Assembly (NCBI GenBank): GCA_040954595.2
Contig: CM082577.2
Span: 13,027,903-13,091,902 of the forward strand
Origin: Balanoglossus misakiensis
Lineage: Eukaryota > Animalia > Hemichordata
Reading direction: 5' to 3'
Length of the DNA: 64,000 bases
Within the stretch, counting starts at the first letter, position 1; every line of letters begins with the position of its first letter. The notes beneath the pieces are model-generated. The model had not been told where the DNA came from and ran no database searches. It saw nothing but the letters and a program-made list of their open reading frames with translations. The position numbers and the translations under genes were made by a program. Positions 1-13,500 of this stretch are shown in pieces.

Positions 1-159
1 TGTGCATTTCCTATCAAATGGATTTGGAGGTTCCTCGATGCTCTCATGTGACTTCTTAAGTGTCTGGTGTCCACAAAACACTTCAGAAGACAGCATGCCA
101 CATGTTATTTCAGAGTAGGCCTATTGACACACATGCATCTGATGGATATTTCTTTACAG

Positions 160-254
160 TTGTGTTTCTGTATCAGTATGCTGGGAGAGCCTGACATTGT
201 GTTGCTGGATGAACCCTCAACTGGTATGGACCCTGGTGCGAAGAGATTCCTCTG
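160..254 (+). CDS. ABCA5: ABCA-family ABC transporter, NBD2 exon (Walker B/D-loop); gene starts upstream of the window
   Basis: tttacag| acceptor and TG|gtaag donor. Translates [32 protein letters not shown]; [10 protein letters not shown] is the ABCA NBD2 signature and resembles the ABCA5 clade. Confidence 0.88.
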
Positions 255-304
255 GTAAGGATGCTCATCACGTCATGAACTCTGTAACAACCCAATCTGA
301 TTAA

Positions 305-629
305 TATCAGATGTAGGGTACGGCGATGTCTTTTGCTTCGCGGTACGGTATTCTTTATGCTGTCGCCTCACACTACATCTGACCAACTCCCATAGGAGCT
401 CCCGTTCAAACTCTCATTGCGGTCAGGCCAATCAGATTGCATGTTACGTCGATCTACACTGAAGTATACATATCATTCTCTATAAGGCGGCTTCTGATTG
501 GTTTACTGGCGCCGTAAAGAGATTTTGAATGGGAACTTCTATGGGAGTTGGTCAGATGTAATGTGAGGCGACAGCATAAGAATACCAGTACCGCAAAGTA
601 AAAGACGTCGCCGTACCCTACATCTGATT
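305..629. mobile_element. MITE with ~110-bp imperfect terminal inverted repeats and TTAA flanks
   Basis: atcagatgtagggtacggcga...catctgaccaactcccatag is mirrored at ~520-629; TTAA at 301-304 and 630-633. Confidence 0.75.
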
Positions 630-1217
630 TTAAGCAGACTGGTAACAACCTTACATGCACCAACCAGTATATTGTAACTAGTGTACTAGCTGCTCTTGTG
701 GGGAGTGCAGAATGAGTGAAGTTATTGAATTAGCAGTTGAGGAGACTACATGCATCATGACCCATTTATGACATATTAACAGCACATGGCTGACTTATTT
801 AATCACTTTGATTTGTATTCATTAAAATGTAGATGTAACCAATTAGACTCTATGGCAGTTGCTGTGCCAGGCAAAGCGACTGTACGTTTCTGTACACATA
901 TATTTGATATGAATATTCATGAGTAACGCTAGGGGGTTTATGCTTGGTAAGTATGGTATAGAACACCATGTTGATGCGCCGTTGATTGACAGACATAAGA
1001 GGTTCGAATGTTCTCTGCGCTTTCAAATGTTGTAATACCACTTGAGGGTGTTTACAGAATCGGCAGGACGTTCTAACGCGGACGCGCATTTCAGTATCAC
1101 ACAGTCTTGGAGCAAGACCAGTAACAAATGTAAAGAATTGCTTAGTGCTTCTGGTAAAAGTGGAGAAATTAAAGAAAAGTGCAAATTTACATTGATGGAT
1201 ATTTTGATACTCAACAG

Positions 1218-1334
1218 GGACACTGTGACAGCCAGCTTTGTTGGTGACAGAGGAGCCATTTTGACAACTCATTCCATGGAAGAAGCTGATGCGGTGTGTT
1301 CCCGAGTGGGCATCATGACGCAGGGGCAGCTCAG
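1218..1334 (+). CDS. ABCA5: ABCA5-like exon (H-loop)
   Basis: caacag| acceptor, AG|gtaaat donor, phase-consistent with the previous exon. DTVTASFVGDRGAILTTHSMEEADAVCSRVGIMTQGQLR. Confidence 0.88.
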
Positions 1335-2092
1335 GTAAATGGATTAACCCCCTAAAATCCAGTTATATAATTGTAACAGATGTGAACTTGGCATATGTAT
1401 CTTGTGTGGAAGTTTAGTGGGGCAGATAAGCTTGGCATAATTGTGCACTTTGGGTTAAAAGCATGAAATTTGGTACTTATGCATTGACCCATAGCGGGCA
1501 TTTTTCAATATGGATCCAAAGTGACAGCGCCCTCTAGTGGCCAGAAACAGACTTTCATACTTTAAAATTGTGCACTTCAGGTTAAAAGCATGAAATTTGG
1601 TACAATTATTCATTGCCCCATGGCTGACATTTTTCAATATGGATCCAAAAAGACAGTTGACAGTTGTGTTCTTAAAGACTTTTGCCTCGATCCCAGGGCA
1701 GTACATCGATGGCAAACAAGAAAGCCTTTGTGTTAGCACGTAACTGTTTATTGGAAACAAAAGATTTGACCCACTGTTGAGCAAGGCCATTAATTCTGGA
1801 AGTATAAAGAAACCCCTCCTGGCAAAATCCATGAAACTACAGTGAACCCCTAAACATTAGGGAGATTTAGTTAAACATATTGACGGTGATGCTATCACAA
1901 AAATGTCAATTGATGTAAAATCGTTTTGTCGCATAAATCAGAAGTTGCTCGAACAGCGTGAGTAATGAATATCACGATCACTCTTGACTACATTATAGAT
2001 AAACAGAACATCATCTCAAACATTGTTACCGTCATAAATTAAACACTCAGTTTCCCCCTTCTTTCACTTTTTAACAATCTGTGTACCATCAG

Positions 2093-2355
2093 ATGCATCG
2101 GATCCACTCAACATTTGAAAGATAAATACGGCGGTGGTTATTTATTAGAAGCTAAGCTGAAAATCCAGAGTGATGTGTATTCTGGTGGAGATCACGATGT
2201 GGAGTTACCAGAGCGAGTGAGTGCCCTTGAAGAGTTTGTGATGAAGCTGTTCCCATCTGCTCAAGTGGTGGAGAAATTTTGTGAACGCATCCTCTACAAG
2301 ATTCCCAATGACAACGTTAGCTCTCTTGCAGTTGTCTTTGGTGAACTTGAAAAAG
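2093..2355 (+). CDS. ABCA5: ABCA5-like exon (R2 regulatory region)
   Basis: catcag| acceptor, G|gtaaa donor. CIGSTQHLKDKYGGGYLLEAKLK...VFGELEK. Confidence 0.88.
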
Positions 2356-2635
2356 GTAAAGATTAAATTGGGCACGCTATGCCCTTGTTCAATAGTATAT
2401 TACCACTTCTTTTGTTGTGAAGTATTTTCCTTTGAGTTTAGATTATCAACCATCAAGATACATGTACATGTATTGGAAAATGGGAAATTTTCGCGAATGA
2501 TGAATTTTCGCGAACTACGCGAGAGCAAAAAAAAGCGCTAAAATAAAAAGTCACATAAAAAAGTTTTTCGGAGATAACTGTGCAGTGAAATACGAGAACG
2601 CGAAATTAAACAAATATTTTATTTCATTGAATCAG

Positions 2636-2691
2636 GCAAAGCTGCACTGAATATCGAGGAATACAGCTTCAGCCAGTCGACACTAGAACAG
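2636..2691 (+). CDS. ABCA5: ABCA5-like short exon
   Basis: atcag| acceptor, CAG|gtgag donor. GKAALNIEEYSFSQSTLEQ is the conserved ABCA C-terminal motif. Confidence 0.87.
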
Positions 2692-3083
2692 GTGAGTTAT
2701 TCAACTATTTCAGTTAGTAATTTTCTTCTCAAAAAATAGAATTGAAAGAAAAGTTTGCAATTTGCTCTGGGCTGCTTGTACCAGGATGTGGCATTACATT
2801 TTATGTTTTGGTGCTTTTTTGTTTGTCTTTGCTGCATCTGATAATGTAAATTTGATACATTAGATTTTTTGTGATTTTCGATTAACATGATTGCAGTCCT
2901 TTTTACTACAAGTATTGTGTACTGTGATGTACATGTATTTCATAATTCCAGGCTACTGCTTTGTAAGAACCACTTTGCACACACACATACTGGTTGTCTG
3001 ATTTCTTTTATGCCAGTTGCAGTATGTTCTTTGAAATTCCTTTCTTTAATGCCATTTTTTGACCTTCTGTGTTGAATACACAG

Positions 3084-3170
3084 GTTTTCATAGACTTTGC
3101 CAAGAAGCAGGAAGAAGAGGAAAATGACCAAGGTGACCTTGAACCACCACGTGGTGCTCAGCAGGTGTAG
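3084..3170 (+). CDS. ABCA5: ABCA5-like last coding exon
   Basis: acacag| acceptor. VFIDFAKKQEEEENDQGDLEPPRGAQQV* completes the LEQVF motif; TAG at 3168-3170. Confidence 0.85.
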   Translation, partial: VFIDFAKKQEEEENDQGDLEPPRGAQQV

Positions 3171-3212
3171 CTGGGATATAAGAGAGGTTGTTCAAAGTGC
3201 TAATTGTATACT

Positions 3213-3555
3213 TAGGGCACTGTTCATTATCATGAAAAGTACTGGTAGAATAGAGGGCATTGTTTAATAAAATGATCAAGGAAACAGGATAATGTTCCAA
3301 GGTCATCCAAACAATTACATGTAGTTTTTAATTTCTAAATGTTTTATATTCTATTATGTAAAATATAATGGCTAAACATCGTTAGGGCACTGTTAATTAT
3401 TACTAGTGTATCGTGAGAAGTACTGATAGAATAGAGGGCATTGTTTAATAAAATGACCAAGGAAACAAGATACTGTTCCAAGGTCATCCAACCAACAATA
3501 TGTAGTTTTTAACTTCTAAATGTTTTATATTCTATTTTGTAAAATATAATGGCTT
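3213..3555 (+). repeat. Tandem duplication (~170 bp x2) in the presumed ABCA 3' UTR
   Basis: tagggcactgtt...agaatagagggcattgtttaataaaatga...aaaatataatggct occurs at ~3213 and ~3383. Confidence 0.8.
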
Positions 3556-3864
3556 AAAATGTTCATGAAAGAAAATGAATTGAAATCAGCTGTTGTTAAG
3601 GAGTACTTATATCTGTGACTACATTCTGTCATGTTGCTTTCAGAATCCAGGAGTAATCCTGTCAAGATTTTGTTGCATAGCATAATGATTCAAATTGAGT
3701 TTATAATGAGAACAAACATTAAAAACTGTCACACATTAAGAACGGTTGACAAAAACAGAGACAGTTGTGAAACTCTTGTTTTGTGGTTATTGTTTGAAGC
3801 CAATACTTTTGATATCAATATTGATGGTAAAATTTGTATGTCTTTTCAAGATTTAACTTCTTTC

Positions 3865-4240
3865 ACATCAAATATGATTAAAAGTTTTAATATTGTATAT
3901 ATTTTATTTACATATAGATGTAATTATCTGTACTCAAAATTTGAATTTTAAACGTTTATCAGATAAAAATCCAGGTATAATTTTTAACTTCTATCACATC
4001 AAATATGATGAAAAGTTTTAATATTGTATATGTTTTTTTACATATAGATGTAATTATCTGTACTCAAAATTTGAATTTTAAACGTTTATCAGATAAAAAT
4101 CCAGGTATAATTTTTAACTTCTATCACATCAAATATGATGAAAAGTGTTAATATTGTATATGTTCTTTTACATATAGATGTAATTATCTGTACTCAAAAT
4201 TTTGACTTTTAAATGTATATCAGATGAAAATCCAGATAAT
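3865..4240 (+). repeat. Tandem repeat (~121 bp x3)
   Basis: cacatcaaatatgat...catatagatgtaattatctgtactcaaaat...atcagataaaaatccag is repeated three times. Confidence 0.85.
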
Positions 4241-5261
4241 TCTTTTTTTTAAATTTTACCACATGAGCTGCACTTTGATTATTTTCGAGATGTGCATTTT
4301 GACTGAAAGCTATACGAGCAGGCCAACAACTGCTCTTAAAATAGCACAGCATATACAGAGGTTGAAAATGAAGGAAAGGAAGAGATCTGGACCACATTGT
4401 TTCTTTTACCTTTCCGACATTCATGCTTCACTCGCTGATTCTATACAAATCATTAGAGTTGTTGTTGTTGTTATTGTTGTTGTTGGTTACATTAGAGGCT
4501 GATTGACCGTTTCCTACCCTTTATTTACAAGTCTTCATTTTAAGATGTCCTGTATTTTTGCAAGATTAGAGGCTGATTCATAATCAGAGACTGGAACATC
4601 TGAAACCTTTCACCCCCAGTTCCCTCTAAAGAGGTCCAACCTTACCATAGAAAACAATGGGCTTGGACTGAACCATGGTGGTGAAAGGGTTAAATCCCTA
4701 TGGTACAGAACATTTTGCTTTTTTTGTTGAACTTAAAATATCTTCCAGTTATCTTCAACATTTTGGAGGCATCCTCCATCAAGTCATATTTATTTCTTCA
4801 ATTATTAATTTATGCAATCACTTCAACATTTTGATAGCCTTGAGAAACAGCTGATACACTTCTCTTGGTAAAGCACATTTACACAAGACACTTCTTCTTT
4901 CAATGTAACATCGTGAAGAAATTGTTAAAACTTCAATACCATAGGGCTTTAAGTATTCAAAGGACACAGTCACTAACTTTTCATTTTTTTTTATTTCCTT
5001 TGATGGGTTATTTATGTTTGTCTTCTCATCAAAACATGCCTAATTGACCAGTTGTTATAATGACATGTTGCTCAACCTGCACTGTGTGCATGGGTGTAAC
5101 ACGAGAATATGTCCGCAATATATTAGATTTCTGTTGTAATCAGAAGATGGAAGTATATTCTGTATAGTGTGTATTTGTGGCGTGGCAATTGTGCTGTGAC
5201 AATATTTTCATTTGGACATGTTAAAATGTAATAGCTTATCTAAAGGAAAGGACCATAATAA

Positions 5262-5850
5262 TATCAAAAAGTATCAATTTTGTCCCATAAGCAAGTTAAG
5301 AGAAAAGCGGCACATTGTGGAACTTTTTGCTAGGAATCCTATAACTCACATAAACATATTTACCAGTAACTGTTTTTAAGTTTGTGCAATGTTATTGTAT
5401 GCTTCAAGAGATTTCTATCATAATCTGTATGATGTTACACTTGTGAAAGAAAACGATTGTTATATCCTGAGGTGCTTCTGAAAGTATTATAAGCTGCAAA
5501 GGTATGGTTTCTCAGAACTACGGATATTCTCCAGACAAACGCAAGAGCAATATGGTATACCACAGGCCTTTCAGCATTTACTAACAAGCTGTTAGCAATA
5601 GCATTCTAGCTTTATGCTGTGAACATTCAAATGTTTATCTGTCTGTTTTCTGAATAAAATAAATACAAGCAGCATCAATCTCAGTTTTACAAACTTCCAT
5701 ATTATGGTACATGTGCAGTTGTAAAACTTTACAGTTTCTTGTAATTCATTTATTTATCCTATTAAAATGATAAATTTTTAAGTAAGAAAGTGCCATATGT
5801 GGTTTGTTTTGTGATATACGATTTACTGATGTGTTTCTGTATATGAAGGT
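5262..5850 (+). repeat. ~590-bp segment duplicated in inverted orientation at 34040-34621
   Basis: For example ggatattctccagacaaacgcaagagcaatatggtataccacaggcctttcagcattta (5522-5580) is the reverse complement of ~34304-34362. Confidence 0.85.
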
Positions 5851-6738
5851 TTCTGTTCTTACAGTCGGCAAGTTCTGTTCTGCCAATCTTTTTCACATAC
5901 ATGTACTTTCTCAAGTCAGACCACCTATAGCACGGTTATCAACAAGTGTTTGTGACACACAGACAGACAGACATACAGACATTGGTACGGCATAAGTTCA
6001 AGTGTGAAACATGTGAGCTAAAAAAACATCAAAACAGTACAGATAATGGACCTGTGCGATCATGTAAACGCCCTGATTCGCAGCGACCGATGGAAAACTG
6101 AAGTATGCATGTTTTAATAGACACCGAGAAGCGAATCTGATTGAGATAAATCTATAACCTCTGACCACGGTTTTATGTTCGTAAACAAACGGTGCCTACA
6201 GCATTTAAACAGTTTTTAAAACGCCTTCAACAGGATAAACATTCTCTTTCTGAGTGGTGCCCACCTAAAGCAATGCGAGTTACGTCTGTGTTAATTTACT
6301 GTAATAAAAATAAAAGAAACACGGAACTTCAGAATTTATGTTACCGGAAGCGTTAGTTTGTTTTGCCTCTTAAAATCACAGATTTATAAAACAGTGGTCC
6401 AGCATGCGCGATGATCATTGTACCAAAACTTGTTTGTTATACTGATAGTAAAAGTGCGTCGTAGATTTTAAACACAGATTTTTCACAATTGCCCATTAAA
6501 GATTGTTTTTAGCTTGTTTATTTTGCGATGATTACAATTCTAAGAAAGTTTTGAGTTTTGAGTCTCTGTTACGGATCCGGAGAATAAGAACACTGAGTGT
6601 ATTCAATATGACTGTGTGAAAAGAATGGACTTTCGATTATCCGTTTTGGTTTAACACCTTATTTTGAAGACATAGAGTCAAACTGCCGATACGAATCATG
6701 TCTTAAAACGTATTGTCCATGGAGACAGGAGGGTTTAA

Positions 6739-7062
6739 AGCCTCTAGAGCTGCCACTTTTTGCATTATTTTCATGATTTTATTTTCCAACTTGAATATGT
6801 CCATCTAAATAAGCTTACTGATATATGTACATGGACACTTTATTGATGCCCCATTGTGACTGCATGTTGCAATTTGAACACGGTATGAATTAAATAGGTG
6901 CCACACCAATTTAATCAGCCTCCATACAAACAGTACGCACTGAGCTATCGTGGTATACGTCACCAAGAGATGGCTTAATGGTGAGGATTTTAAAGGATAG
7001 GGAATAGATTTGAAGTACTTTATTGTGGAAATAATATGTGAAATCTGGCAGCTCTAGAGGCT
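6739..7062. mobile_element. Non-autonomous TTAA-flanked DNA transposon (Kolobok-like MITE); second copy at 62650-62953
   Basis: TTAA-agcctctagagctgcca ... tggcagctctagaggct-TTAA, with a homologous internal sequence at 62650-62953. Confidence 0.7.
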
Positions 7063-7442
7063 TTAATATGCAAGTCACACTTGCTAATTTCGTTTAGTGA
7101 TATGTTAACAAAACAATCCCATGCCGTGAGTTATAAATCTTGCACATTAAAAACCCCAAATGTTTGAAACAGCGCGACACAGGGTGTATATATTAGTAGG
7201 CGAAAATAATTTCAATGTAAACGCTTTATACAAACCGTCATGGAAGTGGTTCTATAAATATCACGTGTTTAATACGGAATTCCACATCTGCATTACTTTC
7301 GTTGTAAATTTCCACAAGGTCTAAAAGTTATTTTGATAGGGTAGAGTGGGTGTTACGATCAGTCTGAGTGTGACTTCATCCCACACAGTCGCACAAGCCC
7401 TTCTCCTGTTCTTTCTGCCAACGTTGATCTGCAGATGGCATC

Positions 7443-7557
7443 ATGATAAAGCTGACAGTTATACTGTGTTTGGTCTGGGCGTTTCTTGTGAATTCGGGCA
7501 AATCTGTGAAAATATCGCAAGATGGCGGCCGCGATTCACGAAGAGCCTCTTATGAAG
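7443..7557 (+). CDS. Exon 1: signal peptide
   Basis: MIKLTVILCLVWAFLVNSGKS has a basic N-terminus and hydrophobic core; G|gtaag donor in phase 1 joins tttcag|AA at 7795. Confidence 0.75.
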
Positions 7558-10500
7558 GTAAGTTTTTTCCCAGCCAGGATCTACCACAGAAACTCCGTGA
7601 TGAGCACATACCGTTTTCTTTTAAGTGGGCTTCTTCATACTGGAGAGAATGATTTACTTTCCTTATAATATCATTCCCTCGAATTCAACAATTGCATGCA
7701 ATTGCGAGTTAAATTATATATTGGGGAACATTCCGAAATACCATAACAAATTTGTATATGCCATTTTGTGTGAAATGCGAATTGTCCCTTTCAGAAAATC
7801 CTCTAAATCGCGTAGAGATTGGATGTAAACCGCGTGGTGAGCACTCAGCGACGGTTGACTGGTGGCTGATGTTTAAGCCAGCAGACTTCGCCAACTTTGA
7901 TTACTACGATTCACTGGAGCATCGGAATGAGCCAAATGAACAGACTCCCGGCATTTTTGGAAGACCTGGTATAGGCGAGTCGCCACTGACAACCACATTT
8001 TCTGCCCTCATGGCACGACTACGGACCTCCAACCCTCTCTTGTATTTTGGTTACACCAACGAACTCAACCGGCTGATCGACACTTTCCCGATCCGCGATC
8101 ACAGCGCAGTGTCTAGCGGATTCGTGGCATTTGATCCGGAGAGCGGCAGCGGTTTCTGGCTCGTCCACAGCGACCCGTTCTTCCCGCCGAGTACAAATGG
8201 CCGAAAGCTGGATGACCCCGAGACGTGGGGATGGATCAACAGCCCCGGCGATCAGCCTCTGACGTATCTCTGCGTCACCGTCCGCTCGGAGTCAGATTGG
8301 GGAGCAATATGTGAGTTTTTGGCCCAGCTCAACCCGTTTACGTTTCTGGAAAATCTCGACGACGGAAAGACGCACGCGGATTTCTCCGACTTCTTGCAGC
8401 GAAGTAACGACACAGACGGCCAGATTTACTTAACGACTGTTTTTGAAAACTACAAACGATGTCTGCAGTCACTCACAGGAGATCAAACTTATGAAAACTG
8501 TCTCAAGATTAACGAGGTGAGCAAAATGAAAAGTTTCGCTGGACGACCTGTATGTTATAGGTGATGATTGACGTTGCATTGCTAAAACTTAATTGAAAGA
8601 ACCCCGTAATCACCCCCAATCTTTTCCTATCCTTATTCGTGTGTGTTCGACTCCCAGGTCTATATATGGCAATGCGAAAACGGTTTGACGGGGAGTGTGT
8701 GGTTATCGTTAATTTGATTATTTAATTCGAGATTGACATTATACCTGATAATATGTCCAAGATTTGCTTGCCGTAATTAACACGATTGAAACTTATGGGG
8801 GATAATTGCATGATAATAAACTCTGTAAAACTCTCAGCACAGTACATGTAGCCTACACACTCGACATATTTATCATGTTATATTGTTTTGGTCAAACAAT
8901 GACTGAAATACTACATTCAAGTACAATGAATACTAATCATTTTGTACGCGTTTTATCACCATGCAGTTATCCAAAAATAGTTCCTATTTTGTTAAGTAAT
9001 CTTGTCCACTTGACGCGATATCCATAATCGTTTCTCGATGATGTCAATGACAACGTGAGTTGGACGCCTACTAGACACTCGTATTTATGAACACATACAC
9101 CATACGCCTTGCCATGAGGGCTATAATTCCAGTTTATTACCCCCCCCCCAAGACCGTGAGTATACCCGGAATAGAATGCAATTCTGGTAACTCACAGCCA
9201 CCTAACAGTCAAACGAATGCTATAGCTCGGAAATAGGCCTGGCAACATATATTTAATAACATAACCCACACTTTTATTAGCCACGTGGCGCAGAAATAGT
9301 CATGCTATTTTCCTATCGTGTGACCGATTCTATCAAATCACATCTCAGCTGAAAGTTATACGGTCACCTATAGCTACAGTTACCATGGCAAATTGAGATC
9401 TAGCCAATCACAAATTTTCAGTGGGTGGCACACGCGAAAAAAGAGCACCACCATATGTTCTTTAGAACACTAAAATATGCTATTTCAGCCATATATGGGC
9501 GTATGTAAATTTTAGGTGACCGTATACCTGCATGAGTTAAATGCATTCCAATCACTGCATTTCCATTATAGGTATCACATAGTGGCGCCACCAGCTTTAC
9601 CCTCCTCAGCAGGAACAAAGCGACGGTCGGGGACATATGCCTGAGCACTGATGGCAAGTCAGGCCCTCGTTTGAAGCTGTCCCTACTGCCTCCATTGCGA
9701 AATTTTCTAAACATTTTCGCCGTTGTTGGAAATATGGTTGACAAAGACATGGTTTGCATTGGTGACCTGGGCAACACTATGGTAAATCGCGCAGATGACG
9801 TCACTGAAGGAATAATCTTTCCATCGGATTACATTAACGAAAGGGACAACGTTCTGACTCGGCCAACCGCGGATGAAGGTTTGCCCGCGTTCGAAGAGAA
9901 TGACGATTACATCTTGCAGAAACTCCTGTATGACTACGGGAACACCTCGGGGACCGAAATGTATGGCGGGATAAGTGGCGGGCTGGTGTGTTTCAGAAGT
10001 GGTGCCGTGTGGAAGTCCCTCGTCTCGGCAAACCTTTTCATGGAGGCAAACTGTTTCGACTCGACCGAGGAAGAAATCGTGCAGAAAGTGCACAAAAGGG
10101 CAAAGCGAGGTCCTGGCACGATGACTGGTGACGCGGAGACTGATGGGGAAGAAACTTTTTGCCCGAGAAACATAGCAGCGGAACAGACAGATCAAGGCTC
10201 GAGGGCGAAGAGACGGCGATCAGGTATTCTCGAATATCGCCTTTTTTTCTAATCAGTAACAGTGACTTACATTTTAGAATGCCAAGCATAAGTTAACATA
10301 GGTTATAGGGTTCAATATAGTTTAGGATAACCGGGTTTCGATGGCCTGCCAGCTGAATTTTTTAAAGTATCTGAGAATATTCTCCTTCCATATCTTGTGC
10401 GCCTTTTCAATTTAATTTTTGACTCTGGAAACTTTCCTGATGGTTGGTCCATGGGAGTCATTGTACCTCTCCACAAATCAGGCGATAAAGGCAATGTAAA

Positions 10501-13500
10501 CAATTATAGAGGTATCACTCTTTTGAGTAATTTCAGTAAAATTTTCACTACTATTCTTAACGAGAGGTTGACTACATGGGCCGATACGGAAGGCAAGTTA
10601 TCAGAGTGTCAGGCAGGGTTTAGAAAAGGGTATTCCACTTTACATAATATTTTCTCTCTTTATGCAATTGTACAAAAATATCTGGGAAGACGAGGGGGAC
10701 GATTTTATTGCGTTTTTGTTGACTTTGCCAAAGCATTTGACACTGTTAATCATACACTTTTATTTATGTCACTTTTACAGAATGGTGTGCAAGGTAAAAT
10801 GTTCATAATCCTTAAAAGCATATATAAAGACGTCAAATCTTGCGTCAGAGTGAAACAACATATAACAGAATGTTTTGACTGTCCATCGGGTGTGCGTCAA
10901 GGTTGCATCCTCAGCCCGTTTTTATTTGCTATATTTATTAATGAACTACAAAATATGGTTGAAAATGCAGGTCACATGGGTATACAAATAACACAGTAAT
11001 TGAAAACTGTATGCTGATGACATCACGATGTTTGCAGACACTGTAGTTGGTTTGCAGAGGTTGCTAAACACGCTTAATTTATTTACTGAAAAATGTAAAA
11101 TGAAAGTAAATTTGTCCAAAACAAAAATTATTGTATTTAGAAACGGTGGTATAATTAAGAAAACAGAAAAATGGCTATATGGAGGAGAACAAGTGAATGT
11201 TGTATCTTATTATAAATATCTGGGTATTGTGTTTTCTAGTCGAAATGTATGGTTTAAGGCTGTACAAACTTTATCTGAACAGGCCAAGAAAGCTATATTT
11301 ACTGTCAACCGCTTTACACGAAAATTTGGAGAACTCCCTTGTCAGCTTTACTTTAAAGTGTTTGATATAATGATCTTGCCAATTTTGACATATGGCTCAG
11401 AGATATGGGGTTTTCAACCCTACGCATGCGCAGAAACTGTACATTATAAGTATTGTAAACGCTTTTTAGGCGTAAAAAGTAACACTCCAAATGCCGCTGT
11501 AATAGGGGAATTGGGCAGACCACCTATTTTCGTTCATACATACATTCGATGCATAAAATGGTGGCTGAAATTATTATCTATGCCAAATACACAAATAGCA
11601 AAACATTCATATACACTCCTTGTAAGAAAAGATTTATTGGGGAAAACAAATTGGGCATCTCATATTCGTAATATACTTTATAGATATGGTTATGGATATG
11701 CTTGGATTAATCAGGGAGTTGGTAATGAAAAATTGTTTATTACACTGTTTTCAGATACAGTAAAAGATAATTGGCGTCAAGACTGGTGGGGGGAAATTTC
11801 TAGCACAAGCCGTTTACAAATGTTTTGTCAATTAAAGAATAGCCCATGCCTTGAAAATTATTTATTTAATGTTAAAATTAACAAACATAGAAAGGCCCTT
11901 TCACAGATACGATGTTCCGGCCACCAGCTTTCTATTGAAACTGGCCGCAGCAAAGGTCTGGATAGGTCTGAAAGGTTATGTGAAATTTGTAATACATGTA
12001 TCGTTGAAGACGAATATCATTTTCTTTTTGAATGTACACTTTATCAAAATCTTAGGGAGAAATATTTACCAAAGTGTTTTACAAGATATCATTATCAAGC
12101 AAATATGGTCAAACTTTTCACCTCAGGTGATAATAATATTATAAATAACCTGGCAAAATATGTATATCAAGCATTCGATTGCGGAAAGAAGCACTAAATT
12201 TGTAATAGCATGCAATACTCTGTCTAAATGTTTTGTATAATTTTGTGGTGCAATCAAATCAAATTCTTTACCTCTGTATCATTTTGATGTACTAAATGCA
12301 ATGGGCCGGTGGCCTTTATGCAAATAAATATTATTATTATTATATAGTTTAGGATAAATTAGAAATTTGAGAGGAGCAGCAACGTTGGTCGGTCAAAGTT
12401 AGATCTGTTCACTTACTGTCAGCCAGCTAATCCCCATATATTCATTGAGGAAGTACGGACATTTGACTATTCCTGACAAAATACCCACTTTAGTGACCCT
12501 TAACCTGCATAATCGGTGGAATTCCGAATTTTTAAGATAAGCGTTGTATTTTTGGGTTCTTATGTCTCGCCTATGCATGCTATGGAAGCTTAGGGGATAG
12601 TATATGTTGTAAGAAATCACCTTTTCTTTACCATGACATGATAACTACGTTCACCTTGCTAAAATTTCGTCATTTGATTATAGGTGTCCGGCCACTGCAT
12701 GAGAGCATACCGCTTTCCGCCGATGTTAATATGGATGCTAATACCGATGGGATACCAGGTGAGTGACAGGTGTCAGACGCTATACTTTCGTTTATCCAAA
12801 TGAACTGTGGCAATTCTATAAATAATCCCATGCAAACCGTAAAGACCACAGCAACAGTAAATGATGCAAACACAACAAATATAACATAAGGGGTCCAAGG
12901 TTATGAATGAAATTTGCTGCATCCGCTTATCTCATATTCCTAATGGAAGTACCGGTATTTGACTATTCTTGACAAAGTACCCATTTTAGTGGTTCTTAAC
13001 AACCTGCATAATTGGTAGAATACCGAATGTGCATGATAAGCGTTGTATTTTTTAGTTTCTTATATCTCGCGTATGGACGTTTCAGGGACAGTATCTATTG
13101 TAAAAGTCAATGTTTCTGTACTGTAAGATGATAACCAGACCACTTTGCTTAACCGATCTCTTTCCGTAAGCGCATTTTGATAAGCGGCGTTAATATTACA
13201 TCAATCACGGTACATAAGCAATTAAAATTGTAATGCACTTATATATTCTGTACACTTGCAAGATATTTGTAAGATGTTTTTCATCGACAGTCTCAGAGAA
13301 CCCAACGCCCGATCAGCGATACGACTTGAGCTGCTACGCTTTTCACTGTGACGAGCTCCGTGACAACTACGCATGGCTGTTCTGGAAAGTACCACGGGAA
13401 AGTGTTGACATAACGGTGACCGTGTTTGTCTACAAGAAACGTACAGGCCTGAAACGAGGAAAAGCTATTGAAAGAGTCTTTCAATTTACGATCAAAAACA

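Noticed and set aside
9418-10289. Several antisense ORFs over exon 3 (and 42530-42913 over the Roco exon)
   Set aside because: Shadow ORFs of real coding exons with no independent motifs.
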